A stretch of 63,692 nt of DNA from Octopus bimaculoides (lineage: Eukaryota), in assembly GCF_001194135.2 (NCBI RefSeq), contig NC_068995.1, positions 10,734,578-10,798,269 of the forward strand. The letters are read 5' to 3'. The notes below the pieces were generated by a model that did no database searches, was not told the origin of the DNA, and worked only from the letters and a program-made list of their open reading frames with translations. Made by a program: the position numbers and the translations under genes. How positions within the stretch are numbered: position 1 is the first letter of the stretch; the number at the start of each line of letters is the position of its first letter. Positions 39,001-51,991 of this stretch are shown piece after piece.

Positions 39001-40324
39001 GAAAAACAAAAAAAAATCAGTAAAGAAATAACAAAAAGTGATATAAAAAAAAGATGCTTGATTGATTACTAATAAAGACTAGTGAAGATGGTTTTTCATC
39101 TTTTATCTTTTACTTGTATCAGTCATTTGACTGTGGCCATGCTGGGGCACCGCCTTGAAGGGTTTTAGTTGAACGAATCGATCCCAGGACATATTTTAAA
39201 GCCAAGTACTTATTATAGATATATCTTTTGCCAAACCACAAAGTTACGGGGATGTAAATGCACCAACACTGGTTGTCAAGCTGGGACAAACACAGACATA
39301 CACACACACACACACATATATATAAATAAACTATGGACTTCTTTCAGTTTCTGTCTACCAAATCCACTCACAAAGCTTTGGTTGGCCAGAGGCTATAGCA
39401 GAAGACACTTGCTCAAGGTGCCATGCAGTGGGACAGAACCTAGAACCATGAGGTTAGGAAGCAAGTTTCTTACCACACAGCCATGCCAGCACCTATATCT
39501 ATTAATTTATTTTATTTTTGTTTTCTTAAGTCTGTGTGATTAAGAAACTTGCCATGTGACTTCTGTTTTAGCTCCACCTCACAGTGCCATGAGCAAGCGT
39601 CTTCTCCTATGGCCCTGGGCCAACCAATGCCTTGTGAGCAAATCTGGTAGATGGAAACTATGGAAGCTCATCGTGTGTGTGTGTGTGTGTTTATGTATGT
39701 ATGGATATGTGTGTATGCATGTATGTATGTATGTGTGTGTATATATGTATGTGTATATATATAATTATATGTTTGTTTTTTTGTGTGCGTCTTTGTGTTT
39801 GTTCCCCACAACCACTTGACAACTGGTGTCAGTTTGTTTACATCCCAATAACTTAGCAGTTCAGCAAAAAGGACTAATAAAATAAGTACCAGACTTAAAA
39901 ACAAATACTGGGGGGGGGGTCACTTTGTTCAACTCAACATGAAACCCCTTCAGGGCAGTGTCCCCAACATGACTACAGTCGGATGGCTGAAACATGTAAA
40001 AGAATGTAAGATAATGAAATCAATCAAGTTTTATAGGCAACGATTGGCAGAATCGGTAGAGCGTTGTGCAAAGCAAAAATACAGTCTTTGTAGTATGAGG
40101 TGGGCGCTGGAAGATTCCTGGCTTTAAGGGTGTTGTGAAAGGCCTGGTCGGAGGCCCAACCTTCTGAGTTCTTTTACAGGGCTTAGAAAAACTGAAGGAC
40201 CACTGCAATAAGTGTGTGAATCTGAAGAGGGAATATGTTGAATAATATCATGATTAACTGATTCTCCTATGTTTTCTTTTAACCCAAAGCCAAGATCTTT
40301 CCAGTATGCCCTTATATATGTATG

Positions 40325-40396
<72 letters not shown>

Positions 40397-43356
40397 TACC
40401 AACATATATATGTATATATACATGCATATGTGGGTACAGGACACCCAAAAAACGTTAAACACAACAAGAAACGGAAACATAAAAACGAAAATATAGAAAA
40501 CGAACTATATATGTGTATATATATATATTTATATACATGAGGTGAGCGCTAAAAAGTTCCTGACTTTAAATGTATCGTGAAAGGCCTGATTGGAGACCCA
40601 ACCTTCCAAGTTTTTTTACAGTGCTTAGAAAAACTGAATGATCACTGCAATAAGTGTTTGAATCTGCGAGGGGAACATGTTGAATAAAATCATAATTAAC
40701 TGATCCCCTGTATTTTCTTTTACCCAAAACCAGGAACTTTTCAGCACCCCATTCTATTTGGTCACATCACTTTTACATTCCTGGTTCAGTTATCATGGGG
40801 TCGATATAATCAATTGTTGTTTTGAAGACAGCATTATGAGTATTGTATAACCACAGTTATATGAGTGCAATTGACAAAAGTATTATAGGAGATATCGTTA
40901 ACGATTTACCTTTGAATATGGCAATCAAATGATCCAATTTTCGCAACTATATTCATTCCAGTGTTGAGATGTCGACCCATAATTGTAATCAGCGAACCAC
41001 CTGACATTGGTCCAATATTTGGAATAATTTTGAGGACTTGTGGATCCTGAATGACAGAAGAAAAAAAAAAATATATAAATAAATAGAAAACAGCAAAAAT
41101 ATAATTCAGATTTCCTCAAATACAATAAAATGCTGCATGTTTGGGTGGTAGCATGGAGGGGTCATTTGATAGGTGACAGCGCGATATGTCTGGTATAATG
41201 GAAATATGTTTTGTTTTAGTATTTGAGGAAATCTGTAGTGGCCCCTGGCTTTGCCAGTTCCTGTCAAGCTGTCCAACCCATGCCAGCATGGAAGGCAGAC
41301 ATTAAACAATGATGATGATGATGATGAAGAATACCTTGTGAATTGATTTGGTGGACAGAAATTGAAACAAGCTCATCATGTGTGTGGTGTGTATGTGTGT
41401 TTATATTATGTTTGTTTTCTACCATCACCTTGACCATCGGTGTTGGTTTGTTTATGTCCCTGTATCTTAGCAGTTTAGCAATGAGACTGATAGATTAAGT
41501 ACTAGACATAAAAAATGAGTGTAGGGAGTTCAGGGCAGTACTCCAGCATGACCATAGTCCAAAGACTGAAACAAGTAAAAGACTAGGTCATAACCATAAT
41601 CATGTCCAGAGAATGTGTGGAGAGCCGCTTGTTATTGTTGTGAAGAATGGGTTTTAGACAGGTGGCGCACCCTGGTGGTCAGTTACTGTATGGGAAATAA
41701 TTGTTTCTAGATTAATTTTGGTGAGATTAGGAATCTGAATATTAAGTCAAAGACTGAGAAAGAAAGTGCACAAAATATACACATTTCAATACTTTTCTTA
41801 CTTGTTTAACCCTTTAGCACCTAAACCAGCCATATCCGGTCAAATAATTCTACCTGTTTTATGCTCAAACTGGTCAGATCTGGCCTCACTCATCTACCCT
41901 ATAATGTCATTCTAAAAATAGACAACCACACCATCAGAATCTCTAAGCGACAACATAATGCTTGATTAATCCAAAACAATATGGATTAGTAAGTATTACA
42001 TTTGACAGAAGAATCTGAACACTAAATAATTAAGATAACCAATCGTTAATTGTTAGCATCTCTGCAAAGAAAATGCTTAACAGTGTTTTGTCTATCATTA
42101 TGTACTGAGTTCAAATTCCACCGAGGTCGCTTTTGCCTTTCATCCTTTCAGGGGTCGATAAAATGAGTACCAGTTATGCACTGGGGCTGATGAAGTCGAC
42201 TTATCCTCTCCCACCCCAAATTTCAGGCACTTGTGCCTTTAGTTGAAAGGATTATTAATACTATTATTATTGGTAAGGTGGAAAGGTGGGATAACTGTTA
42301 GCATGCCAAGTCAACCTTGGTGGAGTTTGAACTCAGAACATGGAGACAGACGAAATATCGCTAAACACTTTATCTGGCTTGCTAACGATTCTGCCAGCTT
42401 GCCACTTTAGCTAATGATGATGATGATGATGATAATGATGATAATAATAATAATAAGCAAACCACAGCACATATCCAAGGCACACAGAGCTGTGCTTGGT
42501 AGTTTAGTGAAAACATGAAAAATAAGACTACTGAATAATAATAATAATATTAATACTAATACTAATATTAATAAATGTTAATTGTCCGTTCTATGGTGTC
42601 CAACCATTTTATGCTATATTCTTCACACAGGGTGTCTGCTAATACTATCGGACAAGATGAAGGAATACACAAGAAGCAAAAGTTTGAAGACCTCTGATGT
42701 TGAGCTATAGCGGATAATTCAATTTTAATGAGTTGCAAACGATGAATATTAAAATTTGAGTATATTTCTGTAGGTTTAATTAGATAAAGTATGGACATAC
42801 ACCTATCTCCATATGAAATATGTTAAATTAAGTTATACGACTTTTAGATTTAATTAAATAAGTATATAGAGCGTTTTCAATATATATAAAATATGTTAAA
42901 TTAAGTTATATGACTTTTAGATTTAATTAGATAAGTTAAGAATAATTTCAATATATCAAATATAAATTTTAAGTTACATGACTTTCAGATCATAGTTTCA
43001 ATGGTTTTTCACATCTGCTTATTTTCTTCTTCTTCTTCTTCTTCATCATTAAATCTCCATTTTCCATGCTGGCATGGGTTGGACGGTTTTTACAGAAGCT
43101 GGCAAGCTGAAGAGCTGCACCAAGCTCTGATTGTTTGCTTCGGTATGGTTTCTATGGCTGGATGCCCCTCCTAATGCCAACCACTTTACATTGTGTAGTT
43201 GATGTTTTTTATATGGTACCAGCACAGGTTTAAAAAAATTATCCATTTGTGAACAGGGTATAGAGACGTTTTGGTACAGCTGTTTTAGTACTGCCAATTC
43301 AATGCTGATTGCAGGCAGGTTACAGCTCTACTGGATCAGTAATGACCTGAGGCCAC

Positions 43357-43390
<34 letters not shown>

Positions 43391-46300
43391 AAGCAGCTTT
43401 TAAGGGAAGGTTTTTTAAGAGAAATCAAAGACATAATCTACCAACCTTATAAAAAAAATATTTCGTAGATGAAGTCCAGGAGTCATTGATCTTCACCTTT
43501 ACATAGCCTTGGCTCTCCTGGGAGCTGGAACTGTGGCCTGCTTTGCATACAATTCTAGAGAAATTGGATAAAGTGAAAGAATATATTTGCAAACATAAGT
43601 GCGTGTGAGTATGAGCACACATACATACATATGCGTGTGTGTGTCCGTCTGTCTGTCCCAGTTGGTGTTGTCACTGCATCTTTTGCATATCTGGGTGATT
43701 TTGTTATGTGCATAATTCATCTTTGCTTTCCCTATCAAGGCCAAGATGAACGATGCACGTAATGAGATTGCCTCAGATACGCAAAAGATGCAGTAATAAT
43801 ACCAGCTGGTATGCGCATGTTACTCAGATCCTAAAGATACTTGGGGCCAATACACACACACACACATATACATATATACGGATGTATATATATCTGTGTG
43901 TGTGTGTGTGTGTGTGACTGTGTGTGTGTATATATAAATAGCGGAGGAATAAATTGTTATTCGACCAGGAAACCCTAGGTAGCTGTATTTACAAGATTTT
44001 CAGTTTTTTTATTATAAGATTATCTTTACTGATTGAGTACTTTTCTACATGTTGAATGATTACCACATAATATATATATATATATATATAATTGAGTAGT
44101 TTAAATACATAATTAATTCATTTGGAAGCAATGGGTTGTCCATATCTACTGGAGAAAACAATGAAAAATTGTTATCATGAAACTGTTACTGATTTAAATA
44201 CAAGACAAAATATATACTGTTAAGTGCATATGTGTGTTTGTGTGTGTGTGTGTATCTAAGTATGTTTTTATTCCCCATGTTTTTTTGTGATTTTTGGTAA
44301 ACAGAAAATGTGTGAAATCTTGTCTCTTATGCCAATACATGCTAATCTCTTATAAGCTTTAAGCTTATAATAATAATAATAATAATAACAATAATTATTA
44401 TTATTTGCAGAATAATTCATTTAGACCAGCAGTTCTCAACTGGGGTCCCTATGGTCCTTAAGGGTCCATTTAAGATCTTCTTATTAAAATTCATGTGAAA
44501 TAAATTGGTTATACTTCTACAGTACACAAAATATTTTAACAAATTTTTAATACAATTTCTAATGTGTAAAGACCTCCCTCGGTCATGAATGACCATGAGA
44601 TTGCATCCAGAGAGTTCCCACCTGAGGAACAAGTAAGAGCAAGATTGTTTTATGCAAGACTAGCAGTCACCCATGTATACCAGCCTCCCCTCTTCACGCC
44701 ACCGATGTTATCCAAGGGAAAGGCAAAGGGGGCCCCAATACAGCTTGGCACCAGTGACATAGCAACTCATTTCTACAGCTGAGTGAACTGGAGCAACGTG
44801 AAATAAAGTGTCTTGCTTAAGAACACAACATACAGCCCGATCTGAGAATCAAACTCACTACCTCATAATTGTGTGCCTGAGGTTCTAACCAGTGAGCCAT
44901 GCGCCTTCACTGGATTCATAATAGTATTCAGTTACAAAAATATAATGTAATTTTTTAAACATTGAATAGTTTGGAGGGAACCAAAGGGGTCCTTAGGAAG
45001 AAAATGATTGAAAAACACTGATTCAGAAGCAATGTGTTACCTATACCTTCAGCAGAAAAAAAATAATGGTAAACAGTTTCCTGGTTACCATTTTTCTTGG
45101 AAAAGGTGTTTGTTATTGCAAAGACAAATTTTTAGAGTAAAATAGAAAAATTGTTTTACCTTTTTGATACTTTGTATTGTGACTTTATTGGTTCACATGC
45201 ATTTCCGTCTAAGGTTACATTCTTAACATCTTCAAAACGAATTCCAAAATTCTGGCCCTCAATTGTTACGTTAGTGCCTCCCCTTACAGGACTGGACATA
45301 GGATAAACCTAGGTGGGACAAACATTAAAGAGAACTTGTCAGAAAATAAGAACAGAATAGTTTGTTCAAAGAAAGGCTTTATAAAATGTTTTTGAAGAAT
45401 TTCTAACAAAGCTACTATATACATACACACACACATAGTTATATGTACATACATATATACATACATACATACATTTTTGCATAAAGACTTAGGGTGATCT
45501 TTTTTTTAGACAGTTTGCTTTTGCGGGGCAAAATGTGTTTATATACAATCAAATCCAGTAAAATATTTAGAAAGGAAAACAGCAATGCTTACACATGCTA
45601 TCTTAGGAGCAGGGCAGGAGTCCATTATTTGACCACTGCATTCAACTTCATTCTCACAGCCTGTACTGCACCAAACACACTTCATGCTAGGATATCTCCA
45701 ATATGTACTCAAACACTGACCACAGTCTGCTCCAACCCGGTCACACCTGTAGAACTCAACTACAATTAAGAAAACAAAACGAAAAAAAAAAAATGAAAAA
45801 GAAATGAAGTTATTAAAATGAAAAACAAAAAACAAACATTCATGACAAAAACAAAAATAAAATGTAATTACGGACTAGGCTGGATGGTTAAGAAGCATGA
45901 GGTTTGCAACCCTAGGGTTTTGAGGTTGAGCACCTTGGGTGAGTGTCCTGTTTTGGCCTTAGGCTGACCAATACTTTGTGAATGAATTTGGTAGATGGAA
46001 ACTGTGTGGAAGCCCATTGAGTATATATGTTGTTGTAGGGAATTAGTAATAATGGTATGCCCCTCCTGTATGATGAATGGAATAACCTAGCCACTATAAG
46101 TAAAGAGAAGTACATGAAGTACTGGAGTATGTAGTAAGCAGTCAGAGATAGTTGTGTCTTTACTGGTTTTATTAGGTATATTGTGTACTGAAGTGGACGT
46201 TACAATAATCCAACATTTGTAAAGATAAAACAGTGGTGACGAGGATTTAAACAACTCATGAAAAATTTATGAACTCAACAAGGATTTAAATAACTTGTGA

Positions 46301-48114
46301 GGAATTAATAAACTCTGAGGAATTGATAATTCATGAGGAATTAACAACTCATGAGATGTCAACAAACCAACAAAGTTTTGTTGTGTGAATTTTATGGAAA
46401 AAATATAATTGCAAAAATTATGGAAAATTTGTTGGCCGGGTTTGCTCGAGTTGAAAAAAAAAAAGCAACAGCAACAACTGAAAGAACAACAACAACAACA
46501 ACAATTGTTGTTATAGCAACAAATGCTGCAATTAATGAAGTCGTCAGGAAATTCAGAAAAAGTGTTCTCGCCAGACCATGTCGCCGAACTCCATAACAGA
46601 GTTCAAATATGAACCTGACAATGGAGTTACCTTTGAAGCATACGACAAGTTATGAGCAAATCTTCGTGGCTGTGTGGTAAGTAGCTTGCTTACCAACCAC
46701 ATGGTTCTGGGTTCAGTCTCACTGCGTGGCACCTTGGGCAAGTGTCTTCTACTATAGCCTTGGGCCGACCAAAGCCTTGNNNNNNNNNNCTGCGTGGCAC
46801 CTTGGGCAAGTGTCTTCTACTATAGCCTTGGGCCGACCAAAGCCTTGTGAGTGGATTTGGTAGACGGAAACTGAAAGAAGCCTGCCGTATATATGTGTGT
46901 GTGTGTGTGTTTGTCCACCCAATATCGCTTGACAACCGATGCTGGTGTGTTTACATCCCCGTAACTTAGAGGTTCGGCAAAAGAGACCGATAGAATAAGT
47001 ACTAGGCTTACAAAGAATAAGTCCTGGGGTTGATTTGCTCGACTAAAGGCGGTGCTCCAGCATGGCCGCAGTCAAATGACTGAAACAAGTAAAAGAGTAA
47101 CAGGAAGAAGGTAAATAGAGCGGTAGATGAGAGCATTGGGTCTCGGAACTGGTAGTTAATGGTAACAGAATAACCAGACAATGCATGGAAATACCAGAGA
47201 ATTGATTGAAGTGATTTTCAATGTAAAGAACGATATATAAATGTATGTAAACAAAATATTACTCTTTAACGGTTCTGGACCGTTTTCGCTTTCAATTGTT
47301 CTTTCTTCCCATATCACAGACACGGACACGTTGAAGATGGGTTTGGAATCTATGTTGTTTAGTTTCACCTGCAAAAGAAAGAATCAAAAGGAGTTTTTTT
47401 TTTAAATTTTAATTTTCGTAAATTAAAAAAAAAAACAATTGTATCATGCTAGAGTCATGTAAATCATTTCAGAAGCACACACATGGTTATATTACATTCA
47501 GATTTATGGTCACTTTTGACAACACAACCATCATCAACATTGTCATTGTTATTGTCATCATCGTCATCCTCCTCCTCCTCATCATCATTATCTTCTATGC
47601 TAGAATATTTTGGAGGCTTTATATTACGAGTGGGTGTCCTTCAAGATGCTTGCATTTCTATTTACTGCTTATAATATGCAACAATAGTGTATCTACCTTA
47701 AAAACAAGGATACATCTAGATAATGTGTGTGTGTGTGTTTTCTAAATACATGATGATGGTGATGATGATTATGGTGATAATGATGATGATGATGAACATA
47801 TTTTACAGATACATTAGCTATAGCAATGAATAAATTACTGCTTTATGATTCATGAAAAATATTAAAACTGAAAAAAATTTTTTTTCTTTTCCCAGTCTGT
47901 GTAACTGGAGGTATGTTAGACATTACAATTTCCAATTATGGATGGAATTTAATTGATTAATGTAATCAGTTAATTCATTGTAAATAAAAGTGTTGCTTAC
48001 CTTTGGCACAGTACAGGAAATCTGTCGATAGTTCACAGAAATTGCCTTGTTCTTATATTTAGTGTCACCATATGTAAACAGGCAGAAATACTTATTAGGC
48101 TGTGAAGAAAAAGA

Positions 48115-48151
<37 letters not shown>

Positions 48152-48831
48152 GAGAATAGGAAGCCAGACATAGTCTTAATTGAGAAAGAAAGCAAACAAT
48201 GCTGGATCATAGATATAGCATGCCCAGCTGACAACAAGGTATGCGATAAGGNNNNNNNNNNCAGCTGACAACAAGGTATGCGATAAGGAAGAAAGAAAAG
48301 AGAGATATGACAGGTTAGCTTGGGAAGTTAAGCAGTTGTGGTCGAGGAAAAAGGTGGTAGTAGTACCAATAAATGTCAGAGATCTGGGAACAGCAAGTAA
48401 AAATCTTGAGAAGTACATGGAGGAAATAGGGGCTGCAATAAGGGTGGAGCACTTGCAGAAAACAGCACTGCTTGGAACCGTTCGAATACTCCGGAGGTGT
48501 TACCTTAGTTCACTGGTAGTGAACAGCTGACACCATAGTACATCTCCAATGTTAGAAGCTGTGCAAAGGCAATGACAATAATAATAATAATAACTATAAT
48601 CCATTCTACAACAGGCACAATGCCTGAAATTTGTGGGGAGGGGTTAAGTCGATTACATCAACCCCCATACTTGCCTGGTATTTTATTTTATCGACCCCTG
48701 GAAGGATGAAAGGACAAGTTGACCCTGGCGGAATTTGAACTCAGAATGTAATGTAAAAAAGGATGAAATGCTGCTAAGCAATTTTCTCAGAGGGTTAACA
48801 ATTCTACCAGCTTGCCACCTTCATGTGCCTT

Positions 48832-48869
<38 letters not shown>

Positions 48870-49057
48870 NNNNNNNNNNGAGTGGCAGTGTGGTAAGTAG
48901 CTTGCTTACCAACCACATGGTTCCAGGTTCAGTCCCACTGCATGACACCTTGGGCAAATGTCTTCTACTATAGCCTTGGGCCGACCAAACCCTTGTGAGT
49001 GGATCTGGTAGATGGAAAACGAAAGAAGCCCATCGTATATATAAATATATATATATG

Positions 49058-49092
<35 letters not shown>

Positions 49093-51532
49093 GTTTGTGT
49101 GTCTGTGTTTGTTCCTACAACATTGCTTGACAACCGACACTGGTGTGTTTATGTCCCTGTAACTTAGCAGTTCGGCAAAAGCAACCGATAGAATAAGTAC
49201 TAGGCTTCCAAAGAATAAGTCCTGGGGTCGATTTGCTTGACTAAAGGCGGTGCTCCAGCATGGCCACAGTCAAATGACTGAAACAAATAAAAGAATGTAT
49301 GAGGTGGTGATCTTCAAACGCTGGGCCTCATGCAGGCAATGACAAGTGATCAAGACCTTTGGTGATATGCTGTGCTTGAGAAGAAGACTCATCAAGCTAA
49401 GTGAAATTGTTGTCGTGGCTGATGCCGGTGTCTTGTTAAAGCACCCAAGCCAGTGGCTTAAAAAAAAGCACCCATTACACTCTTGGAGTGGTTGGCATTA
49501 GGAAGAGCTTCCAGCCATAGAAACCAAAGCCAAAACCAAACTGGGACCTGGTGCAGCTCTCCGGCTCACCAGTTCCAGCCAAACCATCCAACTCATGCCA
49601 GCATGGAAAGGAGACATTAAATGATGATAATGAAACTAAATAGTATACTAACTTTTTGTGGTAAGTTGTGACCATGAATTGTAAAATTTCCTGGTAAACC
49701 TTCGTGGAACAAAGTTTTCTTGGGTTGATCTACCCGTGGGCAATTTTGGGCAGATTTTGGAAATTCACTGCTCTGAAAAATTTAAAAAAAAAAAAAATTT
49801 AAAAATTAAAAACATATATACACTTGGTGCCTTTTTGTTGTAGCTGTTAATACAAGGGTGATAACTATCCCCTCACAATACAAGACAGAATCAGAAATGT
49901 GAATTTGAAATTAGGAACATGAGGAAGAAAATGTATAGAGTTTTCATATAAAATTTCTTTTTAAATCTTGTATGAAGTTCTCACAATTTCTAGTTGGTAG
50001 TAATCATGCATAGCACCATTCTGTTCTTTTTAGAAATCTTCAGCATGATTTAGTCTGCTAAATTAGTGATTAGATATGTTATAAAATATGAAATATTAAT
50101 CCTGTAGCTTTTAAACTGGCCATATCCAGCTCAAATATTGCACCTGGTTCATGTCCAAACTGTCCAGATCTGGCCTCTCACACCTATGTGCATGTGGCTG
50201 AGCGCTCCACAGACGCATGTACTCTTAATGTAGTTCTCAGGGAGATTCAGCATGACACAGGGTGTGACAAGGCTGGCCCTTTGAAATACAGGTACTAATC
50301 ATTTTTGTCAGCTGAGTGGACTAGAGATATATGAAATCAAGTGTCTTGCTCAAGGAAACAACACGTCACGAGGAACTGAACTCATGACCTTGTAACTGTG
50401 AACCGAGTACCCTAACCATTAAGCCACATGCCTTCACACGCCAGAATAAGCTATATATTCTTTTTTACTCTAGGCACAAGGCCCAAAATTTCTGGGGAGG
50501 GGTCTAGTCAATTAGATCAACCCCAGTATGCAACTGGTATTTAATTTATCGACCCCTGAAAGGATGAAAGGCAAAGTCGACCTCGGTGGAATTTGAACTC
50601 AGAACCTAATAACAGATGAAATTCCGCTAAGCATTTCACTCGGCATACTAACGTTTCTTTTCAACTGTAGGCACAAAACCTGAAATTTTTTGGGAGGGGT
50701 TCAGTCAATTAGATCAACCCCAGTACACAACGGATATTTAATTTATCCACCTTGAAAGGATGAAAGGCAAAGTCAACCTCGACGGAATTTGAACTCAGAA
50801 CATATTAAGACAGACGAAATACTGCAAAGCATTTTGCCTGGCAGGCTAATGTTTCTACCAGTTCACTGCGTTAGAATAAGTGATATATTAAAGCTGCTAT
50901 TTGGAACAAAATGAAATACAGCCAAAAGCTGTTATGTAAAAGTTGTGACAGAGAGTTTAAAATGAAATATGTTTAAAAGCAGGCAGTTAGTTTTTGTTTT
51001 AAAGAAAATATCCAGAAATGGTCTCAGGCAAAGTGGTATGAGAACAGTCACAACTTTAAATTAACACTTCAAAAAATCAACAAAAAAAAAAAAACCGTAT
51101 GGAATGGTCTGTTTTTGAATTCATTTAATTTTTTTTCTTTCTTTCTTTGTTTTTTTTTTGCACCCCCACTTCTTTTCCTTTGGATAAAATCTGGTTGTTC
51201 ATTATTTTAATATCACCTATCTGATAAATAACACACAAAAAACATATCTAATTACTTGAAAGCAAAAGAACTGGAAAGAAACCACAGTTAAAGAAATAAT
51301 AATGATGATGATGATGATGATGAAAATATTAAATAAGATTATTATAAACAAATGTTTAACGAGAGGAAATATTAAAGGTCAACTTACAAGTTTTGCATAA
51401 ATTGTCTTGTTTTTTGAACAATTCTTATTGCTGCTATGAAAACATTTATTATCATAAATACACCACTTGCAGTTGAACTCACTATTGGCACATTTAGTGC
51501 ACCTGCAGAACAAGAGAAATGAAAATATAATA

Positions 51533-51578
<46 letters not shown>

Positions 51579-51956
51579 TGATGATGATGATAGTGATTTC
51601 ATTTATTTTCTACCGGGGTAAAGGATGAGGGGACAATACAAAGACAGACACAAAGTGTTGGGGTTTACATATAATGAAATGATAAAATAAACAAACAAAT
51701 AAATAAATGAATAATAATAATAATAATAATATAGTAGCAGTGTTTTAAATGGCATAACAAAGCAATACCAAAGAAAGAAGAAAAAAAAAACTGTAAATGT
51801 AAAAAACGTAATAATAATAATATTAATGATGATGATGATGCTGATGATGATGATAAAGGCAGATCAATTATTATAATTGACTGTGGCATTGCTGAAATTG
51901 TCCACAGAATGTTGTTGTCATTATTATTATTACTATTGTTGTTGCTGTTATTGTTG

Positions 51957-51991
<35 letters not shown>

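Noticed and set aside
42568-42798. 76-aa minus ORF as a plexin exon between e11 and e12
   Set aside because: e11 joins e12 directly in phase (YK|DPQV); no motif or splice support
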